Positions 38,773-47,024 of a stretch of DNA of 64,000 nt are shown piece after piece; within the stretch, counting starts at the first letter, position 1; the number at the start of each line of letters is the position of its first letter. The translations under genes and the position numbers were made by a program. Below the pieces are notes generated by a model. It was not told the origin of the DNA and did not search any database. It saw only the letters and a program-made list of their open reading frames with translations. Source of the DNA: a candidate division FCPU426 bacterium (GTDB lineage: Bacteria > Oederibacteriota > Muellerivitia > Muellerivitales > Muellerivitaceae); assembly GCA_963847625.1 (NCBI GenBank), contig CAWKAR010000021.1:960-64959 (forward strand), in the 5' to 3' direction.

Positions 38773-39909
38773 TTAGGCGGGTTTCAGGACGAGTTTGACG
38801 ACTTCCGGCGGGCAAAGGGTGCGGATGGGTGGATAACCGCCGATGCCGCGGTTGACGTAGAGGGTGGTCTTTCCCTCGCGGACGAAACCCCCGGCGTACT
38901 TCCGGCCCTCGACCGAAGGAATGATCAAGGGTCCCAGGATCGGGAAGCAGATCTGGCCCCCATGGCAATGGCCGGACAACTGCAAGTGGGCCCCGATGCG
39001 CTTGGCCAAAGGAAAATGGGCGGGCTGGTGGGCCAGGAGAATCTTGGCATCCCCGCTTGCCGCCAAAAGGGGCCGGTCGTCATGACTGCCCACCCAATAA
39101 TCGTCCGTTGCCATGAGGGCCAAGGTTTTCCCTTTTTTCTTGAAATAAACGACTTCATTGCGCAAGACCCTGAATCCGTCATCCTCAATTATCTTTTGAA
39201 CCGCCGGCCCATCGGCCCAGTGGTCGTGGTTCCCCAGGAGGAAGTAAACCCCCAGGGGGGCCTTGAAGCCATTGAACAAGCCCTTCAGGCCCGGGATGTC
39301 CTTCTTGAAGGAAATGTAATCCCCGGTGAAGGCGAATAGATCCGGCTTTAATTTTTTCGCGGCCTCGAAAATTACTTTCAAGTATTCCCGCGGAACTTGT
39401 TTCGCGAAATGCACATCGGAAAACTGGACGATGGACAAGCCCGAAAACTCACGCGGCCAGCCTGGCAGGCCCACCTCATACTCGCAAATCTCCGGTTGGT
39501 AGTACTGGTTCTCCATTCCGAAAGACTTGAGGAAACCCAAGGGAGCCTTGAATTCCGCCGGGACCTCAATCCTTTTACGGGACAAGAGCCTGAACTCGGC
39601 CTTTTTCCGGCGAAAGAGCATCCAAAAGGGATGGTTCAACCAAAGATAGGTCCCCCAAATACCCATGACCGCGCCGAAAAGTTTCCAAAGTCCGGGAAGG
39701 GCCGGCCATCCCGAGGGGGTGAAATCCCAAGCCCGCATAAAATAAAAGCTCAGGAGAATTTGAGCGGACAGGAAAAAGCCGGTCCAGGAAAGAATCCACG
39801 TGGATTCGTCAATGCCCCAGCGGGGATGGTAACTGACCGAATTGACTAAGTGCAGGAAGATGCGGACTTGGATGAGCAGGTAAAGCCAGAAGAGGGGGTG
39901 GGAGAGCAT
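38773..39909 (-). CDS. Membrane-anchored calcineurin-like metallophosphoesterase (YaeI/YkuE-like; possible LpxG-type enzyme)
   Basis: N-terminal TM helices, then SDVHF, GDY, GNHD and GH.H.GQ metallophosphoesterase motifs. Confidence 0.7.
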   Translation of the reverse strand: MLSHPLFWLYLLIQVRIFLHLVNSVSYHPRWGIDESTWILSWTGFFLSAQILLSFYFMRAWDFTPSGWPALPGLWKLFGAVMGIWGTYLWLNHPFWMLFRRKKAEFRLLSRKRIEVPAEFKAPLGFLKSFGMENQYYQPEICEYEVGLPGWPREFSGLSIVQFSDVHFAKQVPREYLKVIFEAAKKLKPDLFAFTGDYISFKKDIPGLKGLFNGFKAPLGVYFLLGNHDHWADGPAVQKIIEDDGFRVLRNEVVYFKKKGKTLALMATDDYWVGSHDDRPLLAASGDAKILLAHQPAHFPLAKRIGAHLQLSGHCHGGQICFPILGPLIIPSVEGRKYAGGFVREGKTTLYVNRGIGGYPPIRTLCPPEVVKLVLKPA

Positions 39910-39973
39910 TCGAACCTATGACCGGAAATGGCGGATTTTGAATTTCAAACGAAGGGCCTTATGCGGATCTTCA

Positions 39974-40993
39974 TCAACGGTCCATTTCCTCGCGGATACG
40001 CTGGTTGAGTTCCCCGGCGGATACCGTGGCCACACCCAGCTTGCCCACCTCGATCCCGGCCGCGTAATTGGCAAGCGTTGCCGCTTGCATCAGGTTGGCT
40101 CCGGCTGTCAGGGCCAGGGTGAGGGTGGCGATAACCGTGTCTCCCGCGCCCGAAACGTCGTAAACCTCGCGGGCCACCGTGGGGATGGAACGGGTGGGAT
40201 GGCCCTTCTCGAACAAGGTCATGCCGTGCTCGCTTCGGGTCAGGACCACCGACTGGCAGTTCAGGCGCTTCATCACCTTGTAGCCGATGGTCTCGAAGTT
40301 TTCGCCCACGGCTTCGGACCCCAAAGCCTCCATGACTTCCTTCATATTGGGTTTCATGACCGTCACGCCCTGGAATTCGAAAAAATTATGGAACTTGGGG
40401 TCCACGGCGATGATTTTTCCTTGGGCTTTGGCGTAAGAAACTATTTTTCGGATGACATGGGCCGATAGGAGCCCCTTGTTGTAATCCTCGAAAATGACGC
40501 CATCCGCGGTCCGCACGGCCTGGAGGGCCTTTTGAATGACTTGGTCCTGTTGTTTCCGGCTCAGGACCGATTTCACTTCCCGGTCAATCCGCACGACCTG
40601 CTGGGTGTTGGCGATGACGCGGGTTTTCTCGGTGGTGGGCCGGTCCGCCAGGGCCAAGAGCCCTTGTGTTCCCACCTTGCGGTTGCGCATTTCGCGCAGG
40701 AGCTCCCGCCCGGCATTGTCCTTCCCAACCGCCCCGATGATGCTTGACTGGCCTCCCAAGGCGGTGATGTTGGCGGCCACGTTGGCCGCCCCGCCCGGCA
40801 TTTTTTGGTCCTCCGAGTCGATTTCCACCACCGGGATAGGCGCCTCGGGGGAGATACGGGCCACCAACCCCTTGATGTAAACGTCCAGCATCACGTCCCC
40901 GATAACGACGACTTTTTTCTTGGGGAAATTCCGGATCAAGGATAAAAGGGTGTCCATATCCACCTGGGACATAGCGGCCTTTTTTTCAATCAT
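39974..40993 (-). CDS. hldA: D-beta-D-heptose 7-phosphate kinase (RfaE domain I, PfkB family), copy 1
   Basis: VVVIGDVMLDVY...RISPEAP.PV...GGAANVA.N. ATG 40993 with a GGAG RBS is preferred over the tracked TTG at 41011. Confidence 0.85.
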   Translation of the reverse strand: MIEKKAAMSQVDMDTLLSLIRNFPKKKVVVIGDVMLDVYIKGLVARISPEAPIPVVEIDSEDQKMPGGAANVAANITALGGQSSIIGAVGKDNAGRELLREMRNRKVGTQGLLALADRPTTEKTRVIANTQQVVRIDREVKSVLSRKQQDQVIQKALQAVRTADGVIFEDYNKGLLSAHVIRKIVSYAKAQGKIIAVDPKFHNFFEFQGVTVMKPNMKEVMEALGSEAVGENFETIGYKVMKRLNCQSVVLTRSEHGMTLFEKGHPTRSIPTVAREVYDVSGAGDTVIATLTLALTAGANLMQAATLANYAAGIEVGKLGVATVSAGELNQRIREEMDR

Positions 40994-41041
40994 GGGGGCT
41001 CCGTGTTTCAACGAATAAAGATGAGGGCTGGTGAAGGCCCA

Positions 41042-41611
41042 TCAGGGAAACATCGCTGATTCGATCAACTCGCAAAAGATATGCCCTATCAGCATGTGGC
41101 ATTCCTGGATGCGGTCGGTTCCGGAGGCGGGGACGACGATGGCCACTTCCACTTCCTTGGCGATCTTCCCGCCGTCGCGGCCCAAGAGGCCAATGGTGTG
41201 GGCTTTCACTTTTTTCGCGGCCAGCAGCCCCTCCAGGACGTTCTTCGAGTTGCCGGAGGTGGACAGCCCGACGGCCACGTCCCCTTCCTTGCACAGCCCC
41301 TCGATCTGATGGGAATAAACCTGGTCGTATCCGTAATCGTTGCCGATCGCGGTTAGGGTGGAAGTGTTGGTGTGAAGGGCCAGGGCCATCAGGGCCCGGC
41401 GGCGTTTCAGGTAGTCCCCCACCAATTCGGCCGCGATATGCTGGGCGTCGGCCGCGCTTCCCCCGTTGCCGAAGAAAACAGCCTTGTTCCCCCGCAGATA
41501 GGCCTTCACCAAAAGGTCGGCCGCCTTCTCGATTTGGGGCAGGCACCTGGCGAGCAGGTTCTTTTTGACCTGGATGCTTTCCTCGATCCGGCCCCGGATC
41601 TTTTCAATCAT
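41042..41611 (-). CDS. gmhA: Phosphoheptose isomerase GmhA (SIS domain)
   Basis: ...FGNGGSAADAQH.AAEL... ATG 41611 is preceded by GAGAGG. Confidence 0.88.
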   Translation of the reverse strand: MIEKIRGRIEESIQVKKNLLARCLPQIEKAADLLVKAYLRGNKAVFFGNGGSAADAQHIAAELVGDYLKRRRALMALALHTNTSTLTAIGNDYGYDQVYSHQIEGLCKEGDVAVGLSTSGNSKNVLEGLLAAKKVKAHTIGLLGRDGGKIAKEVEVAIVVPASGTDRIQECHMLIGHIFCELIESAMFP

Positions 41612-41812
41612 GGAAACCTCTCTTTGAAAAAATAACGGCACATTTTAACGCCGGCCCTTCATTTAATCCAGCAGCCTTCTTTTAGCGCCGGTCTAATATA
41701 CTTGAACGGGGCTGGGCGCCAAACCATAATAACCCGTGGCTTTTTTAGGATTTTCCCCCGGTTTCATTCCCAATCGCCGTTCGCAGCCGGCTGAGGGTGG
41801 ATAGGAGATCGC

Positions 41813-43120
41813 ATGTCGGGCCGAATGAAATTCTTCCTGCTTTTTCTCTTTCTATTGGCCCTGCGAACCCTTTTCGGTTTTACCCAGCCCTTTTTCGACG
41901 TCGATGAGACCCAAACCTTCCTGACCGGCTTGAAGTGCTACACCACCCACACCTGGCCTTATTTCGGTCCGGACCTCATCGTGACCGAGACGGGTTTTTA
42001 CACCCAGATCCCCGGCCCCCTGGAAGGCTTACTGATCAGCCTGCCACTGTTCATGTGGCCGGCCCCGGAAGCCCCATTCCTTTTGCTGAACCTTCTCTCG
42101 TTATCGGCCCTGGCCATTTTCGCCAAGTGCATCTCCCGCCGGGTCAAGAACATCCCGTACCTTTTCATCTTCGCCTGGATATCTCTCTTGCCGTGGAACC
42201 TCCACGAGTCTACCAGCCTCATCAATCCCGCCTGGCTTCTTTTGGGGAGCATCCTGTTCTTCACGGGATTCCTGGAGGCGGTTCCCGCCTTTTCCACCCA
42301 ATGGTTTTCCATCCCCTGGGCCTTTGTCTTGATGGGCTTCGGCCTCTTTTGGAACATGCAATTCCATTTTTCCTGGATCCTGATGCTCCCCTTTGTGGCG
42401 GTGGCTTTCTTTTATCAAGCGAGGGAAGGCCGATTGAAATTCCTGACCTCTGCCGGGGGATTCCTGCTGGGACTTTTGCCTATCGCGGCGCTCTTGATCC
42501 CGACTTTTCTCAAATACGGCTTTTCCCAGGGCGCGGGAGGAACTGGAACCGCCCGGTTATTCTGTTGGAATAATATCCTTGCCATCTTTACGGTCCTGGC
42601 CCGCTATTTCTCACTTGCCAGCTTTGAAATCCCCCGTTTCATCGGCCAGCACACGCCCCAGCGATTGGGCTTTTTTCAAAACGCCCCATGGTTGATCCCG
42701 CCCGGATTTTTTTTGCTCCTAACAGGTTGGCTTCAGCCTTTAGTGTTGTTGATCTTCGGCGGCATATTCTGGGGGGCTCAAAAACGGGCCATAACAACGC
42801 TGGGATTCGGCACGTTTTTAATGGTCTATGCCAGTTTTTGGTTCACCTACAAGGAACCCCTTGCCCATATCTATTACGTCCTGATCCCCGTGGTGATCCT
42901 TTATTCTTTCTATGTTTGGGGGGAGCTGGCCTCGATCCGCTTTTTCGCGGTTTTCGGGATGCTCTGCCTGGCCGCCAGCCTCTGGCTTTGGGGGGGATAT
43001 ATCGTGGAAAAAATCAATTCGCCGCTTTCCCTTTATAGCAACCGCGCGGTGGTTTCAAAAGCCATTCAGGAAAAAAACTACCACATCTTGGGCGAGCGTC
43101 GCCCCGGCGCGCTTTATTAA
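41813..43120 (+). CDS. Polytopic membrane protein, putative GT-C-type glycosyltransferase (ArnT/PMT-like)
   Basis: 435 aa with >10 hydrophobic segments. DVDETQ occurs in the first loop, resembling the GT-C acidic motif. LPS-cluster context. Function is weakly supported. Confidence 0.45.
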   Translation: MSGRMKFFLLFLFLLALRTLFGFTQPFFDVDETQTFLTGLKCYTTHTWPYFGPDLIVTETGFYTQIPGPLEGLLISLPLFMWPAPEAPFLLLNLLSLSALAIFAKCISRRVKNIPYLFIFAWISLLPWNLHESTSLINPAWLLLGSILFFTGFLEAVPAFSTQWFSIPWAFVLMGFGLFWNMQFHFSWILMLPFVAVAFFYQAREGRLKFLTSAGGFLLGLLPIAALLIPTFLKYGFSQGAGGTGTARLFCWNNILAIFTVLARYFSLASFEIPRFIGQHTPQRLGFFQNAPWLIPPGFFLLLTGWLQPLVLLIFGGIFWGAQKRAITTLGFGTFLMVYASFWFTYKEPLAHIYYVLIPVVILYSFYVWGELASIRFFAVFGMLCLAASLWLWGGYIVEKINSPLSLYSNRAVVSKAIQEKNYHILGERRPGALY

Positions 43121-43169
43121 AAAGGATTTGTGGGGTGTGCCAACCTGCTTCTCTCAACCTACGGCTGGA

Positions 43170-44345
43170 TCAATGGCCCAAGGGGGGCAAATTGGCTTCC
43201 AACAGGTCGACATCGACATGCCCGATCACGATTCCGCTCTGGGCCTTGACCGGGATATGGCGCGAGTCGGCGGTGACCCAAAGGTCAATATCCCCCTTGT
43301 TCCGGAAAATGGTCTCTTCCTGGATGATGGGCTTCATCACGAAACAGTCGAAAGTTCCCGCCGGTACGGTGACGGTTTCCCTTCTCATGGCCTTCACGAT
43401 CAACTGGTAATTCTTTCCGGTCGACTGGGTTGGCACCGAATAAGTTTTCCCCAGATCAATCGGCAGTAGCCGGAAATAATAAAAACAGGAAATAATGTCC
43501 TGCGTGTAAGGCGCCACGTCCATCTCCAGGAGCGCGTCCTGGTTGTGTTTTCGCGTCATGCGGTGCCTCAACTGGTCGTAAATCTCCATGTTTTGGGACC
43601 GGTAATTTCCCTCATGGATGTTGTTCTGGAATTTCCAGGTGAGGAAATCCACGGCGTCCATGTAGCTGGTCTGGACGTCGCCGACCGGATAGAAAGTGGT
43701 CAGGGGCATGGTGGAATTGGTCCGGGCGCTTAGGGGAAGGCAGGGCCTCCCCGCCACGCGGGTGTAGTTCCCCACTTCCAAGGTGGCGTAGCCTCCCAGC
43801 ATGGAGAGAACCCTCACCTCGAACCTGAGTCTTTCCCCCGGCGCGAAAGCCCGGTTGACTTTAGGCCTCGGCAGTTTCGTGATCTTCCCCACCAAGGGAT
43901 TGGCAGTGGGACTGGGTACGGGGGAACCCGCCGCCGTCTTTTTGGGGGCGCTGGGAGGCGGGTTTCTTTTGATATCGGAGGGGTTCGGAAAATAAAGGGG
44001 GTTGGGTATCCTTAAAACCATCTTGGGCCTGAGCTTTAGGTTCACATCCAAATGGTTATAAAGGGCTATTTTTTCAGCATGCGCCTTGTCCCCGTAGTAG
44101 GCCTGGGAGAGCAAGGGAAGGCTGTCCCCCTTTTGGGTATGGTATTCCACCACGTCCCGGGCCATTTCCCGGGATAGGGATTTCGCCGCGGGGATTTCCT
44201 CGCTCGATCCTCCCTTGTAATGAGTGCCGCCCTTGGCCACAAAAAGGATGGAGCATCCGGACAACGGAAGCAACAGCAGGAGGAATAAACAAACAGCGGG
44301 CGGGGTAAAAACCCGCGGAGGAGGCGAACGGTAGGAATCCCTCAC
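43170..44345 (-). CDS. Lipoprotein with LysM and DUF3108-like domains
   Basis: LSGC lipobox, a LysM-like ...GDSLPLLSQAYYGD..HAEKIALYN... segment, and a C-terminal region reminiscent of DUF3108. Confidence 0.6.
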   Translation of the reverse strand: MRDSYRSPPPRVFTPPAVCLFLLLLLPLSGCSILFVAKGGTHYKGGSSEEIPAAKSLSREMARDVVEYHTQKGDSLPLLSQAYYGDKAHAEKIALYNHLDVNLKLRPKMVLRIPNPLYFPNPSDIKRNPPPSAPKKTAAGSPVPSPTANPLVGKITKLPRPKVNRAFAPGERLRFEVRVLSMLGGYATLEVGNYTRVAGRPCLPLSARTNSTMPLTTFYPVGDVQTSYMDAVDFLTWKFQNNIHEGNYRSQNMEIYDQLRHRMTRKHNQDALLEMDVAPYTQDIISCFYYFRLLPIDLGKTYSVPTQSTGKNYQLIVKAMRRETVTVPAGTFDCFVMKPIIQEETIFRNKGDIDLWVTADSRHIPVKAQSGIVIGHVDVDLLEANLPPLGH

Positions 44346-45394
44346 TTGATCCCGGCTTTCGCGAGGTATTTTTTAACCGCCTGGAACACTTCCTCCACCG
44401 TGATCCCGTCCATCGGGTCGTGTTTCTTGCACCTCCCCGAATTGCAATTTTCGCATTCCGAAGGCTTCGGCATCAAAACCGTGGCCTCGTTGCCCACCGG
44501 ACCCCACCGCACGGGCGTGGTTTCGGGGATGGGGCAAAAGAGGGCCACAGTAGGAGTGCCGACAGCCGCAGCCAAGTGCATGGTGCCGGTCGAACCCGAG
44601 ATGAAGCAGCCTGCCCGCTCATAGAGGGCCCCCAATTGCTTGAACCCAAGCTCGCCGATGACAAGCACGGGTTTGTTCCCCGGCTCGAGGGAGTGGAGAA
44701 AGGCGCTGACTTGGGAGATGAGGGGTGTCTCGTCCGGCCCGCCGGTGACCACCACCTTTAAATTGGGTATTTGGCTCATCGCCTGGATCAGTTCCGCGTA
44801 ACGCTGGGGCTTCCAATTCAAGGCCGAGCCTTTATGGCCGGGATGGACCACCACGTAATGGGAGCCGGGCAGGATCCCCCTTTCCCGCAAAAAATCCGAG
44901 ACGAATATCCTTTCCAAGTCCGACAGGGGGAATTCGATTTTCTGGGCGAATCGGGTGACGCCCAGGGGCTTGAGCAAGTCCAGGTTGTATTCCATCTCGT
45001 GGCGGTCGCAAACCGAGCGGTGGACCTTGACCTTTTGGTTGAAGAACATCCCGTACCAGCGGTAGGCCGTCCCGATGCGCTGGGGGATTCCCGCCAGCCA
45101 GGCCGCCAGGACCGTTTTTGGGCGGGGATAAAGCGCGATAAAAGTGTCGGCGTGAAGCCTTTTCAACCGATGGGCGAGCTGGAAGACATTCTCCTCGTCC
45201 TTCAACAGTTCCAAGGCGTCCACGTGGGGGTGCCCCTGGACCAACTCCTTGGCATAGGAACTGACGAGCGCCGTGATCTTCGCCTGGGGATAGTTTACCC
45301 GCAGGGTGGTAAAAACAGGCAGGGACAGGAGAAGGTCCCCCATTTTATCCGTGCGGGAAACCAGGATGTGCTGGGGTTTGAAGAGCGGTTTCAA
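44342..45394 (-). CDS. Glycosyltransferase family 9 (LPS heptosyltransferase)
   Basis: 350 aa. ILVSRTDKMGDLLLSLPV... GT9 N-terminus and a ...GSTGTMHLAAAVGTP... C-terminal motif. Confidence 0.85.
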   Translation of the reverse strand: MKPLFKPQHILVSRTDKMGDLLLSLPVFTTLRVNYPQAKITALVSSYAKELVQGHPHVDALELLKDEENVFQLAHRLKRLHADTFIALYPRPKTVLAAWLAGIPQRIGTAYRWYGMFFNQKVKVHRSVCDRHEMEYNLDLLKPLGVTRFAQKIEFPLSDLERIFVSDFLRERGILPGSHYVVVHPGHKGSALNWKPQRYAELIQAMSQIPNLKVVVTGGPDETPLISQVSAFLHSLEPGNKPVLVIGELGFKQLGALYERAGCFISGSTGTMHLAAAVGTPTVALFCPIPETTPVRWGPVGNEATVLMPKPSECENCNSGRCKKHDPMDGITVEEVFQAVKKYLAKAGIK

Positions 45395-45891
45395 GGTTTA
45401 CGGGCCTGCGCCGAGCCGAATTTTTTCAGGATATCCTGGATCAAGTCCCTCGAGGCGTGGTCCTTGGGGTCGCCCACCACCGCGACTTTCCCGCCGTAGG
45501 ATGCCACCGTTTCCTTTTCCGGCACGGTATCCGGGGTGTAATCCGTGCCCTTGGCGTGAATGTCCGGCTTCAATTTCAGCAGCAGGGGCGTGACCGTGTC
45601 GTCGTTGAAAACCGTGATGTAATCCACCATCTCGAAGGCCGAAAGGATTCCCAGCCGGTCTTCCAGGGGGAGCAGCGGCCTTTCAGGCCCCTTGAGCCTG
45701 CGGACCGAGTCGTCCGAGTTCAAGGCCAGGACCAGCGCGTCCCCTAGGGCCTTGGCCCCCCTCAAGTAGCGGACATGCCCCACGTGCAGAAGGTCGAAAC
45801 AGCCGTTGGTGAACACGATTCTCTTGCCCTGGGTTTTCAGGAGCCGGATTTTTTCGGCAAGAACGTCATGATTTAAAACGGCTTCAACCAT
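45391..45891 (-). CDS. hldC: D-beta-D-heptose 1-phosphate adenylyltransferase (RfaE domain II type), copy 2
   Basis: 166 aa. IVFTNGCFDLLHVGHVRYL... Confidence 0.85.
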   Translation of the reverse strand: MVEAVLNHDVLAEKIRLLKTQGKRIVFTNGCFDLLHVGHVRYLRGAKALGDALVLALNSDDSVRRLKGPERPLLPLEDRLGILSAFEMVDYITVFNDDTVTPLLLKLKPDIHAKGTDYTPDTVPEKETVASYGGKVAVVGDPKDHASRDLIQDILKKFGSAQARKP

Positions 45892-45995
45892 AAAACCTCA
45901 TTCGTCCGCTGATATGAAAAAGGCTGGAAAAATCCTGGCCACTAGCCTTCCGCAGAATGAATCTTTTGTTTCCGTGCTCCGGAAATAATAATGGC

Positions 45996-47006
45996 TTATT
46001 TTATTTTCAGGGCTTTCAGGATTTCCTCGGCATTGGTCGTGGCTGTTCCCCTTTTGGTCACCACTTGCCCCGCCGCGACTGTGGCCAAAGCGCCGGCTGT
46101 CGCCAGGTCCGCCCCCGCCGCCAAAGCCAGGGTGGCAGTCACCGCCACCGTATCCCCGGCCCCCGTGGGATCCACCGGTTGGTCGATGCCGAAAACCGGC
46201 AGGCGGGTTATGTCCCCTTTCAAGTCGAAAAGGGCCATGCCATGGGGCCCCTGGGTGATAAGGACATTGCAACCCAACTTCTTTTGGAGGGTCTTCCCGG
46301 CCTTGAGCAGGCTGGCGTCGTTGCCGATCTCAATGCCCACCGCGGGCCCGGCTTCGGCGACATTGGGCGTGATCAGGGATACGCCCTTGTAATCCCCCAG
46401 CCGGTACCTGGAGTCCACCGTGATGATTTTACCCTCGAAGGCCGAAAGCAGGGTCCGCCGCAGGGCCTGCGTCATCACGCCCAGGCCGTAATCGGCGATG
46501 AGAAGGGCGTCCATGCGGGCGGCCAGGGCCGTGATGCGGCCCACGAGTTTGGCTTCCACTCCCCGGGAAACGTCCCTCTCGTCGACCTTATCGATGCGGA
46601 TGACCTGCTGTTTCGCCGTATGGTGGGCGCCGGCCATGATCCGGGATTTCACGGTAGTGTGCCGGTTATTCACGGTTACCACCCCGGAAATATCCATTTT
46701 TTTCATTTTGAAATAACGCAGGAGCTTGTGGCCCTGCTCATCCTCCCCGATGACTCCCACCGGGAAAACCTCCGCTCCCAGGTCGCGGGCGTTGTTGGCC
46801 GCGTTGGCCGCCCCACCCGGGATGAGATCCGTATGGGTGTAGCGCAGGATCAGGACAGGCGCCTCCCGGGAAATACGCTCGGAATCCCCGTAAACAGCCT
46901 CATCCACCATCAGGTCCCCCGCCACCATCAGGCGAAGCTTTTTAAATTGCTTTAAAAGGGCCGAGGCCTTCGACTCGAAATTAGCCGGGAAAAAGAATTT
47001 TTTCAC
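45996..47006 (-). CDS. hldA: D-beta-D-heptose 7-phosphate kinase (RfaE domain I, PfkB family), copy 2
   Basis: 336 aa. LMVAGDLMVDE...RISREAPV...GGAANAANN... Confidence 0.8.
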   Translation of the reverse strand: MKKFFFPANFESKASALLKQFKKLRLMVAGDLMVDEAVYGDSERISREAPVLILRYTHTDLIPGGAANAANNARDLGAEVFPVGVIGEDEQGHKLLRYFKMKKMDISGVVTVNNRHTTVKSRIMAGAHHTAKQQVIRIDKVDERDVSRGVEAKLVGRITALAARMDALLIADYGLGVMTQALRRTLLSAFEGKIITVDSRYRLGDYKGVSLITPNVAEAGPAVGIEIGNDASLLKAGKTLQKKLGCNVLITQGPHGMALFDLKGDITRLPVFGIDQPVDPTGAGDTVAVTATLALAAGADLATAGALATVAAGQVVTKRGTATTNAEEILKALKIK

Positions 47007-47024
47007 TTTCGTTCCTTTTGTTTC

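Noticed and set aside
41935-42573. 212-aa alternative-frame ORF within the 435-aa membrane-protein gene
   Set aside because: It is Pro/Arg/Gly-rich low-complexity sequence. The frame at 41813..43120 gives coherent TM helices and has an AGGAG RBS.
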